From NCBI RefSeq assembly GCF_001194135.2, contig NC_068981.1, positions 38,217,679 to 38,281,678 of the forward strand: a DNA stretch of 64,000 nt, read 5' to 3'. Position 1 is the stretch's first letter. Each line of letters begins with the position of its first letter. The DNA comes from Octopus bimaculoides. Its lineage: Eukaryota. A program made the translations under genes and the position numbers. Shown here in pieces: positions 1-12,125 of the stretch. Below the pieces are notes generated by a model that worked only from the letters and a program-made list of their open reading frames with translations, was not told where the DNA came from and did not search any database.

Positions 1-33
<33 letters not shown>

Positions 34-40
34 GTTTCAG

Positions 41-94
41 ACCAGTTTTGTACTGTATCTCTGGCTCTTAGGATGCATGTACAGAGGCTAGAAG
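41..94 (+). CDS. Possible 54-nt phase-1 internal exon of an unidentified host gene (xQFCTVSLALRMHVQRLE)
   Basis: tctgtttcag acceptor (31-40), AAG|gtaaag donor, one open frame, length divisible by 3. The polypyrimidine tract is short and no homology was recognised. Confidence 0.2.
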
Positions 95-604
95 GTAAAG
101 AAAAAAACAACAGGATTTTGATCTCTTTTGGCATATCAGCATTAAGAGCCCAAATATTCAAATCTTGTGACCATTTCATTTAAGATTCCTTCTTAGACAG
201 AGTCCTTGGTTGCTTCCAAAATTTTTCATTTGAATCTAATTTGTACCACAGTAATTTGTACAAGGAAAAATATTTTTCATCATACTGAGTTGAAGAAAAT
301 AGCTAATGCACTTCTCTGTTCTTAGTTATTGTAAAATAGTTACTAAATTTCCAGTTGCCATCATAAGTACAAGAGGAAATAAATCATACATCAAGAACAA
401 CTTTTTCTGAAAATATAATTACATCAAGTGTAGTTAATACTACTGTTAACATCTGTCTGATGCTACAACTACTACTTTAAGAATGTCACTTATTATTCCA
501 ATACTTCTACCAAAACTAATAACATTATCATTTCTTCTACTAATACCTTCATTACTAATTCTACCTGTACTAACACTGCTACTATCACCCCTATTAATAA
601 TTCT

Positions 605-805
605 TTTTAATTTTGGCACAAGGCCAGTAATTTTAGTGGAGGAGATGTGTCGATTGAATCAACCTTGATACACAACTGATAATTATTTTATCATTCCCAA
701 AGGATGAAAGGCAAAGGTGACCTTGGCATAATTTGAACTCAGAGTGTAAAGCTAGAAGAAATGCTGTCAACCATTTGGTGTGGCATGCAAACATTTCTGC
801 CTGTT
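605..805 (-). mobile_element. tRNA-derived SINE, family A, decayed
   Basis: Reverse complement of the gagttcaaatt...cctttcatcctt...gtcgat...ggccttgtgccaaaatt pattern also seen at 8440, 21790, 25915, 46868 and 62880. Confidence 0.75.
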
Positions 806-2109
806 TACTACTTTATCACAACCATTAATAAGGACTCATACCCTGGCACAATGCTATATGTATTTAGAGAAGGGATATAGTCAACTAAATTTATGCCAGT
901 ACATTACTGGGGCTTAATTTACCAAAAATAATAGAAGGATGAAAGGCTAACATACTTTATCTAGTGAGTCAAAGAAATTTTATTTCATTATAATTATGGC
1001 CTTAATGTTGAGAGAAAAAATAAATCTTTATTTAAAGGAATGAATCAAGATATAAGGGTAAACAATTTTGTAATTTAAACTGGAAGTTCAGTGTTCCAGC
1101 CACTCCATCATCCTCACAATAACACAAAAGCTGCTAGTTATATGCTGTTACTACTACTGCTACTTTTTACACTTTAAGAAATAAATAACTTGAAGCTATA
1201 CAATTTCTGTTGAACACTCTTCTGATCCAAACTTGTAAACCAATGTAAATGTTCTACATTAAAAGTATGATTTAAAATATTTCATAGGTTAAACTCTGGA
1301 AAGTCATTCTTTCATCACATAATTGCTGTCAATGGAAGAGACATGATTCTTATTTTATAGGTGGGGATCCATAAGCCATTTCTCAAATAACTGGTTCAAT
1401 ATTTTCATTGAACCTGCTTTGATCATAATGATATATAGCTGATAATACAAATAATGTTGGGGCCAGTAGGTGAAGGATTATTTGTAAGCATTCAATTTTA
1501 GTTACATTATTTCTAAATATATCATAGCGAAGCACACATTCCATAAGCAGGTAATGAATTTACAGGCTTAGCTCAGTAGAATTTAAAATGACTATCCTAG
1601 ATTTATTGATCTCAGGTGTAAGCACTGAGTAAAATTTAGTTCATGGAACATTTTCCAACTCACTTTCATTTCTTAAATTTACATACTTTTCTAAAATGTT
1701 TCATCAGCATTTCTGATTGTGAATCCATTGCTTGATAGCATAATTCATGTATAGTGAATGCTTTTCTTTAAACCAGTGGAAATATGCAATCGCTTCTAAA
1801 ATAAATAAAACTTCTCCTCTTATAATATTTGCTAAAGATGTCATGGCACTATAAAATATCACCTTTTAAAAGCTACCACCAACAATGAGCTGTAATACAT
1901 AAATGTGTCTTCTTATAAAAGCATTGACTAAGAACATATATTTAAGTCCAATGCATTTATTTAAGTCCATATAAGGTATAAAAGAAGCTTGTAAGTGATT
2001 TCTTGATTTGCTAGATATAGCAGCCAAATATACTGAAAATCCCCCTGTTTTATAAGGTGAAAGGCTACATTGGAAAATGTAATTCTAGATTATTTACATT
2101 ATTTATATT

Positions 2110-2237
2110 TGATGGATATTTGTCCTCATCCTGTTTATTGTTAACACAATGTTTTGGCTGATATACCTTCCAGCCTTTATTGGGTGTTTTGTGGAAATTT
2201 CGAACCTGGGTTCTCATTCCTAAGGTATTTTTCGATG

Positions 2238-2308
<71 letters not shown>

Positions 2309-2416
2309 TCTATTCAGGTCAGTGCCTGGAATCAAACTCGGAATCTTGGGGTTAGTAGCCCTCACTCTTAACCACTACACCATATACCCATGGGCATATG
2401 GCATAGTGGTTAAGAG
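2110..2416 (-). mobile_element. Composite non-autonomous retroelement: tRNA-like head + (AAT)n + PLE-like end with decayed hammerhead
   Basis: The minus strand from 2390 reads TGGTGTAGTGGTT (A-box) ... GAGTTTGATTCC (B-box), then (AAT)n, then hammerhead-shaped stems at 2143-2188. The head is duplicated as a 26-bp inverted arm (2365-2416). Confidence 0.6.
2240..2307. repeat. (TAT)n microsatellite
   Basis: Directly visible. It is the source of the poly-L/N/I ORFs at 2154-2426. Confidence 0.98.
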
Positions 2417-2954
2417 CAGTGTCTGAAAATAAGATGAAATAGTTAAAGCGGGAATATCTTTGACTATAAGTCTGCTTGATCAAGACTAATTTGCGGTTAA
2501 GCGAAAGAAACAACTTTGACACGAGTCTCTGCTTCAATAAATCAATAATTTATGTTGTATGGTATTTGATATCTATATTGCCAAATACATACTCTGTGTT
2601 ATTTCTCTTAACTCATTTTCTATTAAATTAAACTGATTACCTCAGCTACAAATATGTTCTGCTCTCTTTTTATGTATGTCTAAATCCCTTTGCTTCTGGT
2701 GATAACGTAGGATAAATTCCATGCTGATGATATCTATTGAGGTAGAAACACATGTTCATTACTGCATCTAGACAATAAGCCTGTCTTTTTTCCTTAATGA
2801 CATGTCAACTTTGGAGAATTTTTGATTCTTGAAATTACCTTCTTTTCTCATTTGGTAATTTTGACACATCCTCTTGAGGCAGAGAAAAATTGTAATAAAT
2901 CAAAAATTTATGTTGTGTAGCATTCCATATACCTGTATATCAAATACCAAATAC

Positions 2955-2965
2955 ATAGATAGATG

Positions 2966-3043
<78 letters not shown>
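2955..3043. repeat. (GATA)n-(GA)n compound microsatellite
   Basis: Directly visible. Confidence 0.97.
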
Positions 3044-3045
<2 letters not shown>

Positions 3046-3449
3046 CAGGGGTAATAAATAAGATAGAATATAATTGTTTAACTCTTTTGATATCATCATT
3101 GCTTGAGATAATTCTAGGTTTTAAAATACAAACTTTTTACTTTAATGTACTTTAAATTAAAGTTTTAGATAACAATTTCATTTAAGGAGATTTTGTCAAG
3201 TTATTTCGTGGACATGGTTTAAGGAAAAAAAGTTTGGTATTTTACTAAACCACTCAAAATTTTAGTTATTTTAAAAAAATAATTGGAATAAAGAAGAGGT
3301 TTATTTCAGTAAAAATATGGTTAAGAAACCTTAGACATATACATCTGGTATTTTATCAAAAACCTTCCAGAAATTTAGTCAAATAGACAGTTGCCTGTAT
3401 TTTGTTAAGTTCAAAAATTATATCATGCTTCTTGAGTATTTTTTCAGCA

Positions 3450-3780
3450 ACACTGGCACTCCATCGATTAAAACAATAAGAGTTCCAGTTGATCCAATCA
3501 ATGGAACAGCTAACTCATGAAATTAATGTGCAAGTGGCTGAGTACTCCATAGACATGTGTCCCTTAACGTGTAGTTTTCAGGGAGATTCAGTGTGCCACA
3601 GAATGTGACAAAGCTGGCCCTTTGAAATACAGGTACTACTAATTTTTGGTAGCCGAGTTAACTGGAACAATGTGAAATAAAGTGTCCTGCTCAAGGACAC
3701 AATGTGTCACCAGAAATTTAATTCATGACCTTACAATCATGAGCCAAATACCCTAACCAGTAAGCCATGCACCTCCACTT
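3450..3780 (-). mobile_element. tRNA-derived SINE sharing its 3' module with the 19765-20147 SINE
   Basis: gttccagttgatccaatcaa...gaaattaatgtgcaagtggctgag...cccttaacgtgtag...gtgacaaagctggccctttgaa matches 19795-19940. It has a different head ending at ~3780. Confidence 0.8.
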
Positions 3781-6700
3781 CAGCAACTCTAATTATCCAA
3801 GTAAAAGCAACGTTCATGCTTGATGGTAATGTTATTATTTATGTTGTTGCTGTTGTTTGGATTCAACTCAACCCTGATTAAGCAGACCTACGATCAAAAG
3901 CTTCTTAGTCATTCTATTTTTTAAGAGTACCAAAGACTTTGTACTTTAATGCATCCTTTGATTATTTAAAACAATGTCAGGTGATTAAAAGGAGACTTTG
4001 CTGTCATTTTTTGTGGTTCAGGCAGTTTAATACTAACTCCTTAGTCAGTTCATATTTGATGATGTTATAAATATTCATGATAAAAGGAATAAGTCTATCT
4101 TGGATATTTCTTCTGTGAATTGGAAGCTATGAAACTAGGATCCTGAATCAGATGAAATACTTGATAATTCAGCTGCTGATAAATCTGAATTTGAATTCTG
4201 CCTAGAATTTTGAACCAAACAGAAAGTGCACAGCATATCTGGCAAGTTGTATCTGTTAGTTACACATTATATATATTTAATAGGTTATCTTTTCACTATT
4301 AAATTTGACTGTATCTTCTTGATAACACAGTCCTACAACGAAAGCCTACATAACAAAGGTTTTGTTACAGACAAATGATGATAAAATTACAATTTTTTCT
4401 CTGACTGGGTGTTTTGCAGATTTTTTTCTTTTTCTTTTTGCATATACTCTGAAGCTAAGCTTCAACTACTTTATCAAAAATATGTTACATCTTTTTCTTG
4501 AACTAAATATACTCTTTAGAATGCAATTGATAAATGTTACTGAAAAGAAAAATGTGAAAGTAGTTTGGCAACTTTGCTATAATAATTCTTGAATTAGTCT
4601 ATATTTTTGGATTCTTAGATTGTATTTGATGTACGAGACAAGATACCTCACACTTTTGGCAACCTACAGAATTTATGGTACAAAGAAAATCATTAATTTT
4701 TATTTTGTTTTATTTTTTAAGGAGAGGTTGTTATGATTTTTATTACTCAGGCTAAATAATGGGAGCACTTCTCAGTATTTTGTGATGTTATCAAAATAGT
4801 TAACATTCTGAGAATATGCCATTCTCTTGAAAATACATAGTTTAGACATTAAGAAATGAATTATAATAATTTATTGTTTAGTTTTAAAATGGATGTTGAA
4901 AAACTTCTATAGTACATCATTACTTCATTATTTTCTATTCAGAAAGTTTTAAAATGCTTTAATTATTGCAAGAATTTAAAAAGTATTTAAGATATCCAAA
5001 AAGCGTTAGTTATTTTAATTTTCTCTTTATTTCAGTAAAACAAAAATGATAAAATTAATTAATAGAAAAGTATCCTGGATTTTTCCTTTTAGGAAATAAC
5101 CAAGAAATGCTCATGCCCACCTAATTGAGAGAAGTGTCTCTGGCAATATCACTTTTGATTGCTTACCACCTATTCACTTGTCAAAGTGGCAATTAAAATA
5201 CTCTATCACAAGTTTTATAAAGGTATTAAAAATGCTCTTCCCCTCCTTACTTTTACCATGCTATTAGCCATTTAATGATGGAACAGCATATTATATTCTA
5301 ATACACAGTTCCATCTTCCCTCACCAGTTAGTTCTGAAAACTAACAATCCAACAGCCTAACCATGAGCTGCTTTAATATAATGCTAGTCTCTATAACATT
5401 ATTTACATCCTTGTAGCATTTCACAAACTACTTTCACTTTCCATCTATTAAGACATTTCTTCGTTACAACATTTTTATTGCTGTAATAAAATTCTTGTTA
5501 ACTCACATTTAAAACACATTTAAAATTTCATTATAATCATGAAATATCTTAATAAAAAAAACACGAGAAGTGAAAGAATACTTTTGTAAATAGAAATTTG
5601 ATTTTTTTTATTTTATGCTTTTCATAATGTTCATTTCTCAAAATAATACAGATAATGAACTAAACGAAAAAGTATTCCCCCTTCAAAATGCTATTAATTA
5701 CATTAGTGCTAAAAAGTAAAATAAAATATTTACAATATTTTCTTTACAAAATTTCCCTGTGTCAAATGTTATACTATAGGCAGCTACTAATCAGACATTT
5801 AGACAAACTACATCCATGAATATAATCAAAACTATAGATGGAATTTTATCATAGTGAAGTTGCATCATTTCCAGTTCTTGTAACTCTTTTAAAAGATTTC
5901 AAGTTATCTTATATAATAAGCAGACATACTTTGGGGCTGATTTGAAAATAGATCAAATTAAAAATTTCAGTTCTATTCACTAAAGTGAAGCTATTAATTA
6001 TCTTGTTCTCTTTGACTATTTAAGATGATTCTGAAAGATTACATGTAATTTTCTTCCTGAGTTGTTTGGCAACCAGATGTTCTTGCTATTACCGAAGCCT
6101 TCTTTTCTGAAATTATATTAATTACAATAAAGTTGGAAGTTTTGCTCTTCAAAGCATGTTATATAATCTTATCTATATAAACGATTCAGCCCTCTTTAAA
6201 CCAAATGATATGTTTCTAATTTAGCCTGAGAAAGATGAGCAGTGCACATAGTTCTTGCAGGCCCTCACAGGCTGATGAAATAAGTGTTATTGATATTTAT
6301 CCTGAATCTTATTGAGTAAGAATCGCTAAGGAAAAACACAAGGAAGAAGGAAGTTTCATGAATCAAAATGGTTTTAAATGAGACAACATTGTTATATTTT
6401 CATTTTGAAAGAATATTTCTCTGTCATTTTATACAGAGATAAGAGTTATTTGGCCCTAAGTATTTGAGTCGATTGTAGTTGATGTGAGAATAAGGTCAAC
6501 TTTGCTTTTAATTATTTTGGGCACAATGCAATAATATATCATTCATGTACTAAGGTCAACATAAATGACAATTCCCTTCCACATTTAACACTGGACCCTG
6601 AGATACACTTGAGAAGATAGACTGACTGTTAGTGAGAAGAACATCTCTGCTTACTGAGACAAACAAGATAAATGTAAAGAACAAGTGGCATCTATGTGAG

Positions 6701-8319
6701 GGTAATTTAGGTAAGAAGTTCTTTTATCAGACTTTGCTTATACCAAGAATATTAACATTGGTTTTTGCCAAAGTTTTCAAAGGCAAGGGATTACCTTTGT
6801 ATGAATTTGGAAAGCAGGTATTTAGTGGATCAGGTACCATAAACTTAATCCACTGTGGTCCTTGGACAGAGAAACGTGATTAACAATCAGTCATTTGTAA
6901 ATGTTGCCACCACAATCTTAGAGTCTATATACATACATCCCTTTAACTACTTTGCTATTGTTATGTAACACACTCACTACCAACTAGTCTCTATCAACTT
7001 GCATACATTTACTATGGTATTTCTCCTTCATACTGTCATATACTATCTGAAGGCTCTTCACTCTTCTCTACTTCACTCTATTTTCAAACATAGAACAAGC
7101 ATCTTCTATCATCTTTTACCATGGATTTTCTGTGATACTTCAAAAATAGATCTGCTAACTGGCTTTATTTTTTACTATGAATCTCCTTAAACCTATGATC
7201 ATGGATCTACCAACCAATATCACTTTTTACTTTGGATACTTCTTAATCCTTTATTGAACTGGTAACTAATAATATCCTGAATTAAGGTTATTCCCCTTCC
7301 CCCTCTCTCTCTCTCTCTCTCTCTCTCTCCAATGATGGAATGATGGAATAACACTTGCTTAGCTACTTTAGAAACAGCTGTAAGAGACTACCTATTTACT
7401 ATAACTACTCTACACTATAAATTAAATGCTCTAAAGGGATATCATATGTTTTTCTTGTTCATTCTCTGAAATTACAATCTACAAATGATATAATTTTTAA
7501 AGTGTCTAAGTTTGACTTTTACTAATATTACTTCGAATACATTGAATGCACTGTCTAAAGCTACTATGAAATAATAGATAAATGTCTAGGATATGAAACA
7601 GAGAATTTGACCTCAGATAAATGGACATCCATCATGAGAAGTTGATTCTCATTGTATGTTATTCAACAAATATTTTTACATTGGCAGCTACAAGCAGCAT
7701 TTATGTCAGTCAGACAGTGTTTGTATTTACACTCCTTTATGCTTCTGTGGCCTTCTCATGAATAAAAGCAATTTCTATGAAATAAGTTATTATACATAGA
7801 TGTAGTGAGCTGAAACAAAAGTGTCTTGCTTTTCCTTCAATAATTTATTGCAATAAAAGAAACCAGATTATGTTATGTATAAACATAAGTCTTCAGTTCC
7901 AGGATGAAAACTATAAACATGCAAATACTGAATTTTGATACATGTAAATACAGAAAATGTACAATAGAAAATGTAAAACACAGAAAATAGAAGTTATGAA
8001 ACAGAAATATTGGAACAAAACGTAGGATATTGTTCACAGTACATATTGTTTAATTTTTTGTATCGTTTTATGAAGAAAGAATGCATAACTTATGCAACAA
8101 TAGCAAAATTTGAACTGAATTTGCATAAATAGGTTAATAAAGTTTTTATTCTCAGCTTTTAAGGAATGTATATTTCATTAATTCTATTTTGTACATAATA
8201 CATATAAAAAAAAAGCTCAATATTTAATTCATATATGTGTGAAAATGTCCTTATTAATGAGTTAGATATATACAGATGCTATAAATATTTATTCTTTAAG
8301 TCTTTCACTCATTAGTAAT

Positions 8320-8965
8320 GAACTGGATTGTAAACATGCTGGTGCATCATCTTCAAGGGTTTTAGTTGATCATAACCCCACAACATATTCGAATCTGGTA
8401 CCTGTCAGTCTCTATTCATAAAATGGTTAACTTGAAATATTTGGTTGAAAATCCAAGTTCTGGGTTCAAATTCTGCTGAGGTCGACTTTGCTTTTCACCC
8501 TTTTGGAATCTATGAAATAATAAGTACCAGTTGAGCACCAGAGTCATTATAACTGACTAGGCCTCTCCCTCCAAATTTCAGGCCTTGTGCCTAGGATGGT
8601 TTATATGCAGAATTGTTAGAGTGCTGGACAAAGATGCCTTATTGTATCTAGCTTCAACTCTTCATTTTCTGAGTTCACATCTCACCTAGGTCAGCATTGC
8701 CTTTTATTTACTCAGCCCTGTTCTCTTTCAATTTATGACATTGTGTCTTTGTCAGAAACTACTGAAGGGTCATGGATAGACAGAATTGTTAGAATGTGAG
8801 ATAAAATGCCTTGCAGTATTTACTTCAAACCTTTATATACTAAGTTTGAATCCTTTTGAGGTTAACATTGGCCTTCCCTCCGAGGTCGATAAACCAATGT
8901 ACCATTCAAGCACTGGGATCAGTAATACTAGCTATTTCCTTCCCACCAAAATTTCAAGACCTATT
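8320..8965 (+). mobile_element. Cluster of nested or tandem SINE fragments (mostly family A)
   Basis: Three repeats of the gcagaattgttaga...gttcaaattc...gaggtcgac/ggtcgataa...agtaccag/agcactgg pattern at ~8440-8590, 8600-8710 and 8765-8960. Confidence 0.75.
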
Positions 8966-9186
8966 CTGAAGTTAAAAACAATTATAATTATTATCATAAG
9001 CATCATTATTATTATTATTAAAGATGTCTAATATTGTGATGTTAAAAATTGAAAATATTGTATGTACCAGGGGTTTGTACTGTCTGTCAAGTCACAACAA
9101 GGATCTCTTTTTGAAGAGTTGGCAGAACAACCAATTTTTGCAGAGTTAGCAGAATCATTAATATGCCAGACAAAATGTTCAGTGGC

Positions 9187-9480
9187 AATAGAATGTCCTG
9201 TTGGGCTTCTACAGAAAGTTTGCTTTTTAAGAACAGGAAAAATTACCAGGAGAGTTCTAAGCACTTGAAAGACTATTGAAAACTTGTGGAGACCTAAGGT
9301 TACAGGTACTAATGTCATTATCTTTATTCACAGGTCCCAATGCACAGACACAACAATTTTCATACTCCAAATTCTTGTAATTTCAGATTTCAAGGGATTG
9401 TATTTTTCTCATCCTCTTTCCTTAAGATTGTACAATTAGACAAACATGAAAGGTCAATTAGTATGCAACTTTGCTTTTCC
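9187..9480 (-). mobile_element. R4/Dong-like RLE-clade LINE 3' fragment with an internally inverted 3' segment
   Basis: Minus strand 9480-9320 encodes decayed CxLIDLSC...YNPLKSEITRIWSMK...ALGPVNKD. Plus strand 9187-9318 encodes IECPVGLLQKVCFLRTGKITRRVLST* plus 3' UTR, i.e. the contiguous next part of the same RLE C-terminus in the opposite orientation. Confidence 0.7.
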
Positions 9481-9519
9481 TTGTTGTGTCTGGTTTATTA
9501 TTTTCTAACTTCTTATCTG

Positions 9520-10035
9520 TTATTATTATTATTATTAGTAGTAGTAATAGTATTTTGATTTGGCTCAGGCTCGGTCTTATTCTTGGTAGGATTTATATGG
9601 GTAGTGGGTTATTACCTGTAACCTTAGGTATCCACATTTTTTCAGCAGTCTTTCAAGTGCTTAGAACCCTCCTGATAATTCTTACTATCTCTGAGAGCCA
9701 AACATTATGTAGGAGCTCTACTGGGCATTCTATTTCAATCTCCTTCAGCCATTTGTCTATCTCTTAGCTTATTGTTTCCCAATGCACCAATTATTATAGG
9801 CATGTCCGTTACTGTTAGCATGCTCCAAATTCTTCCTATTTCAAATTTTAAGGGATTGTATTGCTTTTTTTTTTTCTTTCCTCTTTCTTTACGATTCTGG
9901 AATCAAACGGGTATGATGGGTCGATAAGAAAGAAACTTCATTTTCCTTATCTAGAATTGTTATGATTAATGTTATTATTTCTATTATTATTGGGGTGATG
10001 GTACAATTAGCAAAATACCACACAAAATACTTTGA
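9520..10035 (-). mobile_element. R4/Dong-like RLE-clade LINE, 5'-truncated, with (TAA)n tail
   Basis: Frameshifted minus-strand peptide ITILDKENE..FLIDPSYPFDSRIVKKEE..LKFEIGRIWSM..PIIIGALG..IDKWLKEIEIECPVELL..RIIRRVLST*, typical of a restriction-like endonuclease C-terminus. It is followed by a 3' UTR and TAA repeats at ~9520-9550. Confidence 0.8.
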
Positions 10036-10499
10036 AGAGGAGGAGGAGGATGGAGAGGAGGAGGAAGAGAGGAGGAAGAGGAGGAGGAAGAGAAGGAGGA
10101 AGAGAAGGAGGAAGAGGAGGAGGAAGAAGAGAAGGAGGAAGAGGAGGACGAGGAGGAGGAGGAAGAAGAGGAGGAGGAAGAATAAGAGGGGGAGGAGGAG
10201 GAGGAAGAAGAGGAGGAAGAGGAGGGGAAAGAGGAGGAGAAAGAGGAGGAGAAAGAGGAGGAGAAAGAGGAGGAGGAGGAGGAGGAGGAAGCAGAGGACG
10301 AGGACGAGGTGGAAGAAGAGGAGGAGGAAGAGGAAGGGAAAGAGGAGGAGAAAGAGGAGGAGGAGGAAGAGGACGTGGAGGAGGACGTGGAGGAGGAAGA
10401 AGAAGAGGACGAGGAAGAGGAGGCGGAAGAGGAGGAAGAGGAGGAAGAAGGGGAGGAAGAGGAGAGGAAGAAGTGGAAGAGGCAGAAGGAAGAGAAGGC
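10034..10499. repeat. ~465-bp degenerate (GAG/GAA)n polypurine tract
   Basis: Almost only G/A on the + strand. It generates the poly-R/E/G and poly-S/P ORFs. Confidence 0.95.
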
Positions 10500-10672
10500 A
10501 GTGTCATAGCAGCAGCAGAAGCAGCAGCAACAGCAGCAATGGTAGTAGCAGAGAAGTGGTGACAGAAGTATCAGTATTAGATGTAATAATACCAGCATCC
10601 CAAATTCACAAACATCAGTTTAACAATATTTCCAAGCAGAAATTCTCATCTATTTTATAGGAAGCCCACTTT

Positions 10673-10715
<43 letters not shown>

Positions 10716-11881
10716 AGCACATATGCACATGCATATAAACATACTAATCATTTTCACAAATAAAAATTTTGTTTGGGACTTTGACCTTGAACCTTTCACT
10801 TATTAAACACTTGTTATAATATCCTTTCCTATTTTGCCAGTCTTCCGAGACAGCATTGATGTCAAATCTAACCTACTTAAGAATCCCTAGATATACAAGG
10901 TAGAGGTCTGAACTAAGACTACTAATGGGATTTATCAACAATGCTAGTGTTGATGATTCTTTGATCTTTATATAGCTTCCACTGTGCTTCTTTGATAATT
11001 ATGGTGAATTCAATCCACTGCGATAATTTCCATTTTCATTTCCTTTCTGAACATACTCTGCTGTTGCTAATTTGAAGTCTGACCTTTGATTATGACTTTG
11101 TGATGATTTTCCCAACTGATCTTTACAACAAGGTGTAAACTTTTCCTCAATATCCTATGCAGTTGTTATTGCAGTTATTTTATGATTTCATTTTCTGATA
11201 TCAATACGAAGGATGACTTGACTTTAGAAATATTCTTCCACTGTATTTTTTAAATACTTTATCACATTTTTAGTATTAATCTTTAAGCATGATTGAATAG
11301 AAAAAAAAATCTCTTTATATTTGCTCCTTTTCACCTTTGAATCAATATTTTTACTACAGGAACATTTTTCTTTTCTTAGTAAATATTACAATTTGTATAC
11401 ATGAGTTCATTGCTGCTGTCTTTTTTTTTTTTTCAGTACACAGCAGATAATAAAACTAAAATATGAATTAACATCAATAAAAACCAGAGACCTTTTAACA
11501 ATGACCTAATAAGGGTGTAGCAGCATACAAATATCTGAAAGATTTTACTTTAATTTCATCTAATGGAAAATAAAACTAACCTATTCATACTCTATAAATA
11601 CAGTGACATATTGTAGTTTGATGCTATTGTGCAAAATTCCTTTTGTATGGGATTTCAAAAGGATATAACGTTCACCTTCATGGAATATTTCAAACATCAT
11701 AACTTGTACATATCCATGTTATATTATTATATATCTCAACATGCTAGAAAAGAGAAAATGCATGGAAAAATAAGAAGAGAATACAACAGCATAAGCATTC
11801 TATATTTATTATAAAACAGTCTATCAAATAAAATTAAAAACAACTAGTATTTATGTTATTTCATATATATGTGTATATATT

Positions 11882-12125
11882 ATCATCATCATCATCATTA
11901 CATTCATCATCATCATCATCGTTTAATGGCAGCTTTCCATTCTGGTTGGATGGTTTGACTGAGGACTGGCAAGCCAGGAAGCTGCACTAGGCTCCAATCT
12001 GATCTGGCAAGGTTTCTACAGCTGGATGCTCATCCTAATGCCAACTGCACCGAGAATGTAGTGAGTGCTTTTACATGCCATTGGCATGGGGGCCAGTCAG
12101 ACGGCACTGGCATCAACCACACTCG
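11882..12125 (-). mobile_element. RTE-type LINE 3' end (CAT-tailed family), decayed
   Basis: (CAT)n-cgtttaatgg..tttccat..ggttggatggtttgactgaggactgg..ttctacagctggatgc matches 24130-24310. Confidence 0.85.

Noticed and set aside
483-668. 61-aa hydrophobic ORF
   Set aside because: It derives from a degenerate (ACT/AAT)n triplet tract running into a SINE. There are no splice signals or recognisable domain.
2315-2390. Possible genuine tRNA gene
   Set aside because: The A/B boxes are present, but the acceptor stem does not close and it is fused to repeat sequence. The same applies to the SINE heads at 13523 and 20147.
2154-2426. Poly-L, poly-N and poly-I ORFs
   Set aside because: These are translations of the (TAT)n microsatellite inside a repeat.
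5036-5222. Exon-like segment with acceptors at 5035/5092 and a donor at 5222
   Set aside because: There are stop codons in all three frames from either acceptor.
6632-6883. 83-aa + strand ORF
   Set aside because: No domain was recognised. The minus strand faintly resembles a PLE linker but too weakly to call.
9962-10660. Protamine-like poly-Arg, poly-Ser, poly-Gly and poly-Glu ORFs
   Set aside because: Five overlapping low-complexity ORFs on both strands are the expected output of a GA triplet tract. There is no unique coding context.
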